IMG/VR virus record: IMGVR_UViG_3300025771_000019
Direction: 5' to 3' (one strand)
Source of the DNA: an uncultured virus (IMG/VR IMGVR_UViG_3300025771_000019)
Taxonomy: Duplodnaviria; Heunggongvirae; Uroviricota; Caudoviricetes
DNA: 64,000 bases
In this document: piece by piece, positions 47,876-56,273 of the stretch
Position numbering within the stretch: the stretch's first letter is position 1
Layout of the letters: each line of letters opens with the position of its first letter
The notes under the pieces: generated by a model
Database searches by the model: none
Told to the model about the DNA's origin: nothing
What the model saw: only the letters and a program-made list of their open reading frames with translations
Made by a program: the position numbers and the translations under genes

Positions 47876-48358
47876 TTATTTTTTCTCATTTGCCTCTTCA
47901 ATGACCATTTTTTCGTATTCTTCACGATCTACGATGCCTTCTCTAAGAAGCTTTTCACGGTTTGCTAGGTGTTTCATAGCAATTTCTTCTTTAGATCCGC
48001 CAAAGTAAGCCACACAATGGCCTTCTTCGATCATAATGTCAGTCACCAAACGACCATCCGCTGCACGGAAATCACCAAGGATACGACCAAACTTACCCTT
48101 CATATCTTCGCCTGATTTATCTTCTGTGGTAATGAGTTTTGCGTCTTTTTCTAGCAGAGAATAGAGTCTATCCTTTGCTGCAAGACCAAAGAGTTTTTCT
48201 ACTCTGTCTGAAGTTCTACTTTCGGGCGTATCAATACCCATGATTCGAACTCTTTCGTCTTTAAGGCAGATACCGAAACCTAGATCAATGTCTACATCTA
48301 CAGTATCACCATCAACTACTTTAATGACGTGAACGTCGTATTCATTTTGCGTTGCCAT
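47876..48358 (-). CDS. Staphylococcal nuclease (SNase)-like endonuclease
   Basis: KVVDGDTVDVDIDLGF, RIMGIDTPESRT, GKFGRILG; late promoter at 48410-48417. Confidence 0.9.
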   Translation of the reverse strand: MATQNEYDVHVIKVVDGDTVDVDIDLGFGICLKDERVRIMGIDTPESRTSDRVEKLFGLAAKDRLYSLLEKDAKLITTEDKSGEDMKGKFGRILGDFRAADGRLVTDIMIEEGHCVAYFGGSKEEIAMKHLANREKLLREGIVDREEYEKMVIEEANEKK

Positions 48359-48412
48359 GTGTTCCTCCACCTGAGCGTTATTGTTATCATGGTAAAGAAA
48401 TCACAATAATAT

Positions 48413-49603
48413 TTATAGTTCTTTTAGTTGTGGATGCAGTTCATATATGTTTATGTTTCTTTTTAAATTCATAAACGAAGCAAACATGTGCATTCGACTG
48501 CGCCAATTGTTATAATCTTCTATGGTCGGTATGATCGGATCGTTACTCATAAATTCTTCATTTTTAATAAACATGTGCCTATGCAAATTATCTGGCCATT
48601 TCTTATAGTTATTTCGCCAATCTTCTAGTTCTTTAAAAGTTAGAATTCTTTGAGGTGCAGCGTATTTTGGTTCGTGAACCCATCCCATCTGTGTAAAGCT
48701 TACTTGAGTGTCGTTTACTCTTTGATTCCAGTAATCAAGCACTTCATTGTAGTTCCACATATTAAAAATGTTTAAGCGATGATTGATATTAATCCATCCA
48801 GTAATTCCAGATGATTTCCATCTTTCAATATTTTCTATTGTTTGCTCAAAAGGAGTGGATCTTACCCATTCGTATGTTTTACCAATACCATCCATTGAAA
48901 CGGATATCTTTACTGGATTTGAAGCTTTAGATAGTAAGTCAATATATCGCTGTGGAACCTTTGACATGTTTGTTGTCATATCAATCAAGCACTTATCATT
49001 TACTTTTACGAGTTCTTCTAAGATGTAATAGTTGTTATTGTCAGCGAAAGGCTCACCGCCTTTTACAACGATCTGTTCTAAGTTAGGAAGTATAGGTAAG
49101 ATCTTTTCAATGTCTGAATCCGACATTCTGTATAATGAAGCACCAAAGTCATTGAAGCCCGGTTCACCGGGATTCTTCCAGGATTCTAAGTCAAGTGACA
49201 TTTCAGTTGCTTCCTGCTCTAACCCAATCCATTTAGAACTATAATAACTTGAACATGTCACGCAGGTTTGATTGCATAGATTTGAAGTTGTAAATTCTAG
49301 AAAGCGTATCGTCTTATCTGTTGGAATACTCGCTCTACGAGATTCACCTTTTACATTTGCGTGAAACCATGAATTCTTCATGCCAAGTTTAGCGTTGTTT
49401 AAACAGTATCCACAAACTTTACTTACCAAAGGCTCTTTATCTTGACGCAGAGATTCTAAATCTGAATGGTTGTCCCATAATTCAGCAATATTATCTACAT
49501 TACTAATATGATTAAAAGACCAAGTTCTTTCTGCTGCACAGCATATAGAAAGATTACCGTCTGGTTGAATTGTTAGTGAATTGTGAGGAGCAGTACAATA
49601 CAT
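48413..49603 (-). CDS. Radical SAM protein with N-terminal twitch/SPASM-like domain
   Basis: CTAP...ICC, CNQTCVTC, KGGEPF, SMDG; close paralog of 42022 and 39786. Confidence 0.9.
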   Translation of the reverse strand: MYCTAPHNSLTIQPDGNLSICCAAERTWSFNHISNVDNIAELWDNHSDLESLRQDKEPLVSKVCGYCLNNAKLGMKNSWFHANVKGESRRASIPTDKTIRFLEFTTSNLCNQTCVTCSSYYSSKWIGLEQEATEMSLDLESWKNPGEPGFNDFGASLYRMSDSDIEKILPILPNLEQIVVKGGEPFADNNNYYILEELVKVNDKCLIDMTTNMSKVPQRYIDLLSKASNPVKISVSMDGIGKTYEWVRSTPFEQTIENIERWKSSGITGWININHRLNIFNMWNYNEVLDYWNQRVNDTQVSFTQMGWVHEPKYAAPQRILTFKELEDWRNNYKKWPDNLHRHMFIKNEEFMSNDPIIPTIEDYNNWRSRMHMFASFMNLKRNINIYELHPQLKEL

Positions 49604-49708
49604 AGTAACCTTTTATTACCCTTGTTACATCTTGTCAAAAATTTGACACTTTTCAACATATGTCAAAATATGTTACATGTCAATTCTATATTTATGGGGT
49701 TTAGTTTG

Positions 49709-49716
49709 TATAAATA
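49709..49716 (+). promoter_or_regulatory. T4-type late promoter of the exported-protein operon
   Basis: TATAAATA. Confidence 0.8.
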
Positions 49717-49763
49717 ACAGGGAATAGAGATTGACTTCACATAATGAATTCTTGGAGGATACA

Positions 49764-50327
49764 ATGAGAATTTTACTATTACTTTGCGTGTTATTTCTTG
49801 GGTCTGCTGCAGCGGCTCAGGAAGCGCCTGAATGTCCGGAAGGCTACGTTTGTACTCAATCGGGCACAGACAGTACTATTAGGTCTGAAGGCAATATGAC
49901 GACTACGATCGTTCAACCGCCGCCGTCTGCAGTTTCACCACAATTTAGCGCCGGCAATAATAACGATCTATGTACGATCGGCGTAGCTGCTGCGGTGCAA
50001 ACTCAGATTCTGGGTATTTCTGGTGGCGGAACATTTACTGAAGAAAACTGTAAGCGATTGAAGAACGCTAAAGTATTGTATGATATGGGAATGAAAGTTG
50101 CGGCTGTATCTGTAATGTGTCAAGATGAGAATGTTTTTGACGCGATGATGCAAGCTGGAACGCCTTGCCCTTATGACGGACAAATCGGCGATGCTGCAAA
50201 GCTTGGCTGGGAAACGCACAAAGAAAAAATAAGAGAGGAAACAGGTGGCGGAAATCTTAAAGAAAATGCTAAGAACGCAGCTCCTTTTGCTGGCCTTGGT
50301 ATTTTGGCCTTCTTACTCTTCCTCTGA
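49764..50327 (+). CDS. Exported protein with signal peptide, six Cys and C-terminal TM anchor
   Basis: MRILLLLCVLFLGSAAAA|Q; C-terminal AAPFAGLGILAFLLFL; GGAGG RBS. Confidence 0.75.
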   Translation: MRILLLLCVLFLGSAAAAQEAPECPEGYVCTQSGTDSTIRSEGNMTTTIVQPPPSAVSPQFSAGNNNDLCTIGVAAAVQTQILGISGGGTFTEENCKRLKNAKVLYDMGMKVAAVSVMCQDENVFDAMMQAGTPCPYDGQIGDAAKLGWETHKEKIREETGGGNLKENAKNAAPFAGLGILAFLLFL

Positions 50328-51174
50328 GAGTATTAAGCCTTACTATGGAGCTACTCCGAACGCTGCTGCAAACGGACTTTCTTGGTCTATGGGCAATGTA
50401 TTGCCGACTCCTCCGGGATTAGATATTCAGAACGTGTTGTATAGTTATACCATCATTAAAGAAGATGGCGAAGCTGTTACAGTATACGTTCAAAACAAAT
50501 TAGCTGGCTCAGATAATGAGTACATTTTTAGAGATCGCGAAGACTGGTCTCCTACATCGCCATCAGGACAAGAAGTGCGTAAAGTAATTCCTGTTGGCAA
50601 CTTACATAGAGATCTATGGGGTGATGGGGAGATAGATGTACAAGGAAACGGATCTGTGGAAAATCCTAGTGTGATTTATACATATCGTGTAGATCCATGT
50701 TATAATCCGCAGTTCGATCCTAACTGCCCCGGTTATGAGGTTCCATACGTAGAGCCTCCAGAAATTGATTACGAAATTTACGACGCAGTTGCAGAAGGCG
50801 ACGCTCAACGTGATCAATACCGTTATGAAGATGATGATGAACTGCAAGAAGAGGAAGATGAAGAGAAAAGACTGGCAGAACTTGAAGACGAAGAACGTGA
50901 GAGGAACGACCGTTTAGAAAAGGCAATGTTTGAAGCTGGCCGTGCCGAGCTTTTTGCATTGGCTTTTGCGAGAGGTCAAATGAAAGACTCAATTAATCTT
51001 AACATGAACTCTTATTATGATGCAAACATTCCAGGTGGTACTTATAATGACTCGCTTGTTTTATTAGATACCAAACTTCCTGAAAACCAAAGTGGTTTAC
51101 GCAATGGACTTGCACAACAATTACTACACCAACAAATGGTTGATATGCAATATAATTTAAGTACAGGACAATAA
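50245..51174 (+). CDS. Exported protein, beta-rich N-domain and acidic/helical C-region
   Basis: Hydrophobic leader LLLLALVFWPSYSSS; DPC.NPQ.DPNCPGY. Confidence 0.7.
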   Translation: MAEILKKMLRTQLLLLALVFWPSYSSSESIKPYYGATPNAAANGLSWSMGNVLPTPPGLDIQNVLYSYTIIKEDGEAVTVYVQNKLAGSDNEYIFRDREDWSPTSPSGQEVRKVIPVGNLHRDLWGDGEIDVQGNGSVENPSVIYTYRVDPCYNPQFDPNCPGYEVPYVEPPEIDYEIYDAVAEGDAQRDQYRYEDDDELQEEEDEEKRLAELEDEERERNDRLEKAMFEAGRAELFALAFARGQMKDSINLNMNSYYDANIPGGTYNDSLVLLDTKLPENQSGLRNGLAQQLLHQQMVDMQYNLSTGQ

Positions 51175-51185
51175 GGAGGACTTCA

Positions 51186-51695
51186 ATGTTCAAATCAACT
51201 TTCATAGGTGCCACTATCGCTCTTATCGCTTCATGCGGAGTTGCGGTTGCTGCTGACACTCCTATAAACGGCTCAGTACAGTCGCGATGTATTATTCAAA
51301 CAGATACATCAGGTACTTATGCTAACCCCAATGCTTACACACTTACAACATCGTCAACTGATGGCGGCGAGAAAGCACGCATTCGTGTAGATATTTCTCT
51401 GGCAAATGCTTATTACGTTGAGATTACAGCGCCTACAGAATTCTCATCTTCACCTAACCTCCCTGATGTGGTAAGTTGGACTGGAGATACTACAGTAGAT
51501 GCTGTTTCAGATGCTACCAATATGGGTGATTATGAAACAAATAAAGTAGAACTTGGAATGATGGACCGTTACGACATGACAGCGACTGGATCAACGTGGT
51601 TTGTAACCTCGTCGGTTGCTACTATGGGAGGCAATAAAGCATTTCCAGGCGGTAACTATACTGCTGTAGTGCAAGCGGAATGCATCGCTCAATAA
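51186..51695 (+). CDS. Exported pilin/fimbrial-subunit-like protein
   Basis: Signal peptide ...VAVAA|; N-terminal I.G.V...C and C-terminal FPGGNYTAVV..C, like chaperone-usher (Csu/spore-coat-U type) subunits. Confidence 0.55.
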   Translation: MFKSTFIGATIALIASCGVAVAADTPINGSVQSRCIIQTDTSGTYANPNAYTLTTSSTDGGEKARIRVDISLANAYYVEITAPTEFSSSPNLPDVVSWTGDTTVDAVSDATNMGDYETNKVELGMMDRYDMTATGSTWFVTSSVATMGGNKAFPGGNYTAVVQAECIAQ

Positions 51696-51710
51696 AAAGG
51701 TTTATACATC

Positions 51711-52100
51711 ATGAAGTATTTGTTTATGCTGGTTTTTCTCGTATTTACGAGTAAAGCTTATGCACATGAGATGGTACCTACCTATCCTGTGTTAAAGCAA
51801 TCTTACATGGATGGGCTATTTGTAACCACTATGACAATGTTTAATAAACGGCCGGAAGTAGATTACTACGAGATTGGTGTTTATGACGACAATTGGGAGC
51901 CCATCCGTTTTGTTTCCAATTATAAGATTTGGAAAATTCCGTATTTAAGTACGGTTTCTTTTGATATCTATATACGCGGTGATGATAAATATAAGGTTAG
52001 ATATATATGCTCAAAGTCTAAACTACGTAAGAGCAACATGACAAGGGCCGCCGTTTCATCTAGAATTTGTTCAAAAGTGAAAAGGCCGGATGAAGAGTGA
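51711..52100 (+). CDS. Exported Ig-fold protein resembling a pilus-chaperone (PapD-like) N-domain
   Basis: Signal peptide ...KAYA|H; P......MTMFN.....YEI.VYD......F.....K.P.....F.IY pattern; two C-terminal Cys. Confidence 0.5.
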   Translation: MKYLFMLVFLVFTSKAYAHEMVPTYPVLKQSYMDGLFVTTMTMFNKRPEVDYYEIGVYDDNWEPIRFVSNYKIWKIPYLSTVSFDIYIRGDDKYKVRYICSKSKLRKSNMTRAAVSSRICSKVKRPDEE

Positions 52101-52522
52101 TGAAAAGATATATAATATTAGCAGCTTTGCTTTTTAGCTCGCCAGTACTGGCAGATAATATTGGCCTACAGTTACCCAATATGGGGCAGGCTTATGGTCA
52201 AGATAGCATTCGCTCAGGTGAAATTGATTGTAAGAATTCAATCGGTGGTTCAACAAATCTTGAGTTTGGAGTAACCGGTATAATTGATAATTATAATAGC
52301 CCGTTTAGTGGTGGTAATGATATGGATACGAGTCGAGATATAGGTGTTTATGCTCGTATTATTATTCCACTCGACGGACCTAAAGAAAGAATTAATTGTA
52401 ACGATTTGTATGAACTTGAATTGAGAAAGAAGAGACTTGAGGTCTTAAAGCTACAACAAGAACTTGAGCAACTTCGTCGTTTGAATGAGAATAGTGAGGG
52501 AGAAATCTCATTTGAAAACTAA
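52097..52522 (+). CDS. Exported protein with C-terminal coiled coil
   Basis: Signal peptide ...PVLA|D; GVYARIIIPL, two Cys, LYELEL...LQQELEQL. Confidence 0.7.
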   Translation: MMKRYIILAALLFSSPVLADNIGLQLPNMGQAYGQDSIRSGEIDCKNSIGGSTNLEFGVTGIIDNYNSPFSGGNDMDTSRDIGVYARIIIPLDGPKERINCNDLYELELRKKRLEVLKLQQELEQLRRLNENSEGEISFEN

Positions 52523-52534
52523 ATAGGAGTTTCT

Positions 52535-53176
52535 ATGGCCGATAAAGACCTAGGGGATGGCCTTGAACAACTTGACGAAGAAGTAGAAAAGTTAAAGAAT
52601 ACCAAGTTTAAGTTATTTGGTATTTCTATGACACCAACTACTATTGGTGCAGCTTTTGCCTTGCTTGGGGCAATTGGCGGATCCTTATATGGATCCTTTG
52701 AAGTCTATAAAGACTATATGGACATGAAAGAAATTGTTCAAAATATTGATGTTGATTCAATAACAACACGCAATAATGAAATTGAAGTATCGGTCGAGAA
52801 TGCAAAGACTGAACTGATAATTCAAATAGCTTCCATCCAAAAACAAATAGACGACTTAGAAAAACGCACACGAGAAAATAAAGTTGATACGAGAGATCAA
52901 ATCAACACTATGGATTCGCAAGTTCGCCGTGTCGAAAAGCTCGTGCGTGATACTGAATCAGACGTAAGACAAATAATTCAAAATGCTGAGGAGCGTTTTG
53001 ATAATAAAAGGGATGCGCTACAGAATCAGTATGATACAAAAGCTTCTCAATTAAGAGAATCTAGTGACACTCGGATCACTGATTTAGAAAACAAAGTTGA
53101 ACGAGACATGCGTAATCTAGAAACAGAACTCACGAATAAACTACAAAAGGCCTTAGACAATCCACTAGCAAACTAG
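52535..53176 (+). CDS. Single-TM membrane-anchored long coiled-coil protein
   Basis: TM IGAAFALLGAIGGSLYG followed by ~150 aa of heptad-like sequence; ends LDNPLAN. Confidence 0.75.
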   Translation: MADKDLGDGLEQLDEEVEKLKNTKFKLFGISMTPTTIGAAFALLGAIGGSLYGSFEVYKDYMDMKEIVQNIDVDSITTRNNEIEVSVENAKTELIIQIASIQKQIDDLEKRTRENKVDTRDQINTMDSQVRRVEKLVRDTESDVRQIIQNAEERFDNKRDALQNQYDTKASQLRESSDTRITDLENKVERDMRNLETELTNKLQKALDNPLAN

Positions 53177-53185
53177 GAGTGAGAC

Positions 53186-53353
53186 ATGATCGGACCAAAA
53201 CGTACTTGTAAAAATTGCGGACATAGGTGTCACTGTTATCAACCGGATTGCGATGATTGTCATAACGACGTTTGCATTAAATGCGATTGCAAAACACCAG
53301 ACGAAAAACAAACAAATACGGATGCACGATCATGGGATGGCTATTTAAAGTAG
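53186..53353 (+). CDS. Cys/His-rich small protein (metal-binding; absent from ORF track)
   Basis: MIGPKRTCKNCGHRCHCYQPDCDDCHNDVCIKCDCKTP...YLK*, 55 aa, 9 Cys; AGGAG RBS. Confidence 0.75.
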   Translation: MIGPKRTCKNCGHRCHCYQPDCDDCHNDVCIKCDCKTPDEKQTNTDARSWDGYLK

Positions 53354-53583
53354 AGAAAGAAGACGATGATGCAGAACTTGCCAAACGGTTGGAATTTGAT
53401 TTTAAAATTCGAGACATCCGCAGAAGAATTGAAAAGCTCAGGGAGAATTTTCATACCCCACGACGAGTACGAGTGGAAGAGCCACCTGAAGTGGATGAAC
53501 AGGCACAAAACACCAGACAACAACGCGACAAAGATAATGAAATTAATGAGATCAAGGCAAAACTCTTAGGGAGGAAAAAATGA
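53332..53583 (+). CDS. Hypothetical charged protein
   Basis: Fills the gap up to the lipase with overlapping stop/start; start uncertain. Confidence 0.55.
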   Translation: MGWLFKVEKEDDDAELAKRLEFDFKIRDIRRRIEKLRENFHTPRRVRVEEPPEVDEQAQNTRQQRDKDNEINEIKAKLLGRKK

Positions 53584-54290
53584 TTTGTAACAAAATGGCT
53601 AGGCTAGCTGAATTGGCTTACTTAGATGGTAAAGAAGCTAAGAACAAAATGAAAGCTCTCGGTTACACCGGACACAAGTTCTTTGAGAACGATGGAGCTC
53701 AGTGTCACGCGGTATGGAATAAAGAAGAATATGTTCTTGCATTTCGTGGTACAGAACCAACCGAGATCTCAGATGTCCTTGCAGATCTAAATGCTATTCC
53801 ACGTGGAGCAATGACACATGGTTTAGTTCATTCGGGTTTTAGAGGTGAATGTGATAAAATATGGGATGAGATTGTAGCACATCACGGTAAAGGCCATAAA
53901 GAGAAAAAGCTTTGGATCACAGGGCACTCTCTTGGCGCTGCTATGGCTACTATTGCAACTTCAAGATTCGAAGAAACTCAGAAGGTTGAGCAACTTACAA
54001 CGTTTGGCTCACCTAGAGTTGGTACTCGTAGTTTTGTGAAACATATTGAAACAAAGCATATGCGGTTTGTTAACAATAACGACATCGTTACAAAGGTTCC
54101 ACTTATGCTGATGGGTTACAAACACCACGGCGAATTAAAGTATATTAATTTTTATGGTAATGTCCGCAAAATGACTCCTTGGCAGATGCTCAAGGATCGT
54201 TGGCGCGGTTGGAAATCAGGTTTACTAGATGGTGCAAAGGATCATGGTATGGATAACTATGTTCGTTGCACTGATAAATTGGAGTACTAA
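53580..54290 (+). CDS. Lipase class 3
   Basis: LAFRGTE, VHSGF, ITGHSLGAA, TFGSPRVG, NDIVTKVP, DH.MDNY. Confidence 0.92.
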   Translation: MICNKMARLAELAYLDGKEAKNKMKALGYTGHKFFENDGAQCHAVWNKEEYVLAFRGTEPTEISDVLADLNAIPRGAMTHGLVHSGFRGECDKIWDEIVAHHGKGHKEKKLWITGHSLGAAMATIATSRFEETQKVEQLTTFGSPRVGTRSFVKHIETKHMRFVNNNDIVTKVPLMLMGYKHHGELKYINFYGNVRKMTPWQMLKDRWRGWKSGLLDGAKDHGMDNYVRCTDKLEY

Positions 54291-54293
54291 ACT

Positions 54294-54605
54294 ATGTGGG
54301 AAATGATAACAAGAATGTTCGGCGATACGCTATGGATTTATACGGCTATCGCTGGCTCTTTGGTTGGTGCAGCATTTTTAGCATGGTTTCGTAATACACA
54401 CGCAGCACTTTATTTGATGGGAAAATTTGATGGTTTCTTAGATTATTTGGTCGATAGATTTGGTTGGGATTGGCTGCAAGATGATCCCGAAGCATGGCGT
54501 AAACGTTATCCAAAGGTCACGAAAAAAATCGACGATTTAGAGCTTCGTATAAAAAATTTAGAAGCTCAAGCTAAAACTAAAGTCATTAGACAAAAGGAGA
54601 AATAG
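54294..54605 (+). CDS. Membrane protein (holin/spanin-like)
   Basis: N-terminal TM LWIYTAIAGSLVGAAFLAWF, basic coiled-coil tail. Confidence 0.6.
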   Translation: MWEMITRMFGDTLWIYTAIAGSLVGAAFLAWFRNTHAALYLMGKFDGFLDYLVDRFGWDWLQDDPEAWRKRYPKVTKKIDDLELRIKNLEAQAKTKVIRQKEK

Positions 54606-54606
54606 G

Positions 54607-54672
54607 ATGTCTTGTAACAGTCCTAATTGCAAATGTGGTCCTACGTGTGACTGTAAGGATTGCAATTGCTAA
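54607..54672 (+). CDS. 21-aa metallothionein-like peptide (absent from ORF track)
   Basis: MSCNSPNCKCGPTCDCKDCNC*, 7 Cys; AGGAG RBS 7 nt upstream. Confidence 0.65.
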   Translation: MSCNSPNCKCGPTCDCKDCNC

Positions 54673-54872
54673 ACGTCTACTTAGAATTTATCGTAGATCA
54701 AACTTTACACAATATTTCAACATACGACAAAGCTTTAGGGACTAATCTTGCTAGAGATTATAAAAGATTTGTATGGTGGAATATGAGAGAACTTCAGAAA
54801 CCTGTGCTGAATTCTCTATTCGAAAACGGTAGAGTGTGGCGTCTATTAATGGACAAACACTTATCCCTATAG
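54660..54872 (+). CDS. Hypothetical protein
   Basis: ORF filling the operon gap; TTG start, weak support. Confidence 0.4.
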   Translation: MQLLNVYLEFIVDQTLHNISTYDKALGTNLARDYKRFVWWNMRELQKPVLNSLFENGRVWRLLMDKHLSL

Positions 54873-54887
54873 TAAAAGGAGACTAAT

Positions 54888-55040
54888 ATGAACTGGTTAA
54901 TGTCAAGACTAAAAGAGCGTACTTCATGGGATGGAGCAGCTCTTATCGGTGTTGGCCTAGTAGGCTTGCTTATGCCACTAGACCTCGTATCTTACGCGGC
55001 GATCGCGTGGGGTGTTATCACGCTACTAAAGTCTGAGTAG
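54888..55040 (+). CDS. Holin-like 50-aa two-TM protein (absent from ORF track)
   Basis: MNWLMSRLKERTSWDGAALIGVGLVGLLMPLDLVSYAAIAWGVITLLKSE*; AAGGAG RBS. Confidence 0.75.
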   Translation: MNWLMSRLKERTSWDGAALIGVGLVGLLMPLDLVSYAAIAWGVITLLKSE

Positions 55041-55308
55041 CATAGTACTTTTTATATAGCTCGGCGATCTTATCAAGCTCAGGATGATTGTGAATCCATT
55101 GACCAGTGGAAGGATCAAATTCTTTCTTGAAAAAATCGTCGAGCTTTTTATTGCCGGTATCAAGTTGAGGATCTATAGCAAGACAAAGCTTATCGAACTC
55201 TCCATCAGAAATAACTGATTCGTTCTCTTTCTCATATGCATACGCGTATATACAGAGTTTAATACGATTACGTATTTCTTTCTCCGCTACAGATCCCCAG
55301 CTCATCAC
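55018..55308 (-). CDS. Stand-alone protein resembling the N-terminal (Ia) domain of NAD-dependent DNA ligase
   Basis: AYAYE....SVISD.EFD.L motif. Confidence 0.6.
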   Translation of the reverse strand: MMSWGSVAEKEIRNRIKLCIYAYAYEKENESVISDGEFDKLCLAIDPQLDTGNKKLDDFFKKEFDPSTGQWIHNHPELDKIAELYKKYYATQTLVA

Positions 55309-55445
55309 CCTCGCCCTTGTCCTCTATATTTCTTCATACTTGCTTTTTTACTTTTATTCATAGAAGATAACTTAAGGTTTCGTTTACCAATCGAAGTTTT
55401 CTTATAATTTTTTTGCTTTACAGCAACACCTACTGTTTTTGCCAT
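55305..55445 (-). CDS. Small basic protein (ends KKYRGQGRG; absent from ORF track)
   Basis: Hand-translated MAKTVGVAVKQKNYKKTSIGKRNLKLSSMNKSKKQSMKKYRGQGRG*; GAGGAG RBS. Confidence 0.7.
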   Translation of the reverse strand: MAKTVGVAVKQKNYKKTSIGKRNLKLSSMNKSKKASMKKYRGQGRG

Positions 55446-55448
55446 ACT

Positions 55449-56273
55449 TTACTCCTCAATTTTAAATAAATTACCAAATGTTTGGCCAGTATCTTTAGGA
55501 CAACACCAATCGTAATCAAATAGCTGATCTAACGTTGCATGTTCTCCCTTTAAGTTCCACCAGTTACGAACATACTCAAAAGAAACTTGAGCAACTCTTG
55601 CTAGCTTAGCATCTGAGTGATCGTGAACTGTAGTTGGAAATCTTTCTACATTGTGATTAAACAATGGATGAATATGAGTAATACCCAAGCCATATATGAT
55701 ATTCTCGATGGTTGGTTTCATTCTCACGGTTTTCTCTTTATCAAGTCTTAGAAGCAAAGGCATTCTAAAACGAATATGATTATCATCTAGAAAATAATAA
55801 TCTACAATTTTCTTAGCATAGCCACGCTTAATAATATAACATTGTAAGCCATGATCCCATCCAACTCTATGCCGTGGAGCCATCACTGCCCACCCTTCGT
55901 GCATTACACAAAGCTGCAAAGCATCCCATAGAACACCATGTTTTTTTACATAGTCTTCCCATACGAATGGCCATTGGTCTATTTGATTGAAAAGGCAGTC
56001 ATCCTCAAAGATAGCAACCATATCTTCATCTGTTTCTTCATACCATTTTTTGATTGTAAGTAGATGAGATGATGTCGCGCCAAAAGGTAAGATTTGGCAC
56101 TCAGGTGTGCCAGTGATCTTGAGATTAGAATCTTCTAATCGAGGATAAGAACATATTCTATAGTTGGTTATTCCTAGCTTCTCAAATTCACCAATCATAT
56201 ATTCTCGGCGGTCTTTACTCTCTTCAAGATTGACCACCCAACAGCTGGGAAACCCCTTCAATTTTGGATGCAT
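55449..56273 (-). CDS. Glycosyltransferase family 25
   Basis: VNLEESKDRREYM, GATSSHL, IFEDD. Confidence 0.8.
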   Translation of the reverse strand: MHPKLKGFPSCWVVNLEESKDRREYMIGEFEKLGITNYRICSYPRLEDSNLKITGTPECQILPFGATSSHLLTIKKWYEETDEDMVAIFEDDCLFNQIDQWPFVWEDYVKKHGVLWDALQLCVMHEGWAVMAPRHRVGWDHGLQCYIIKRGYAKKIVDYYFLDDNHIRFRMPLLLRLDKEKTVRMKPTIENIIYGLGITHIHPLFNHNVERFPTTVHDHSDAKLARVAQVSFEYVRNWWNLKGEHATLDQLFDYDWCCPKDTGQTFGNLFKIEE

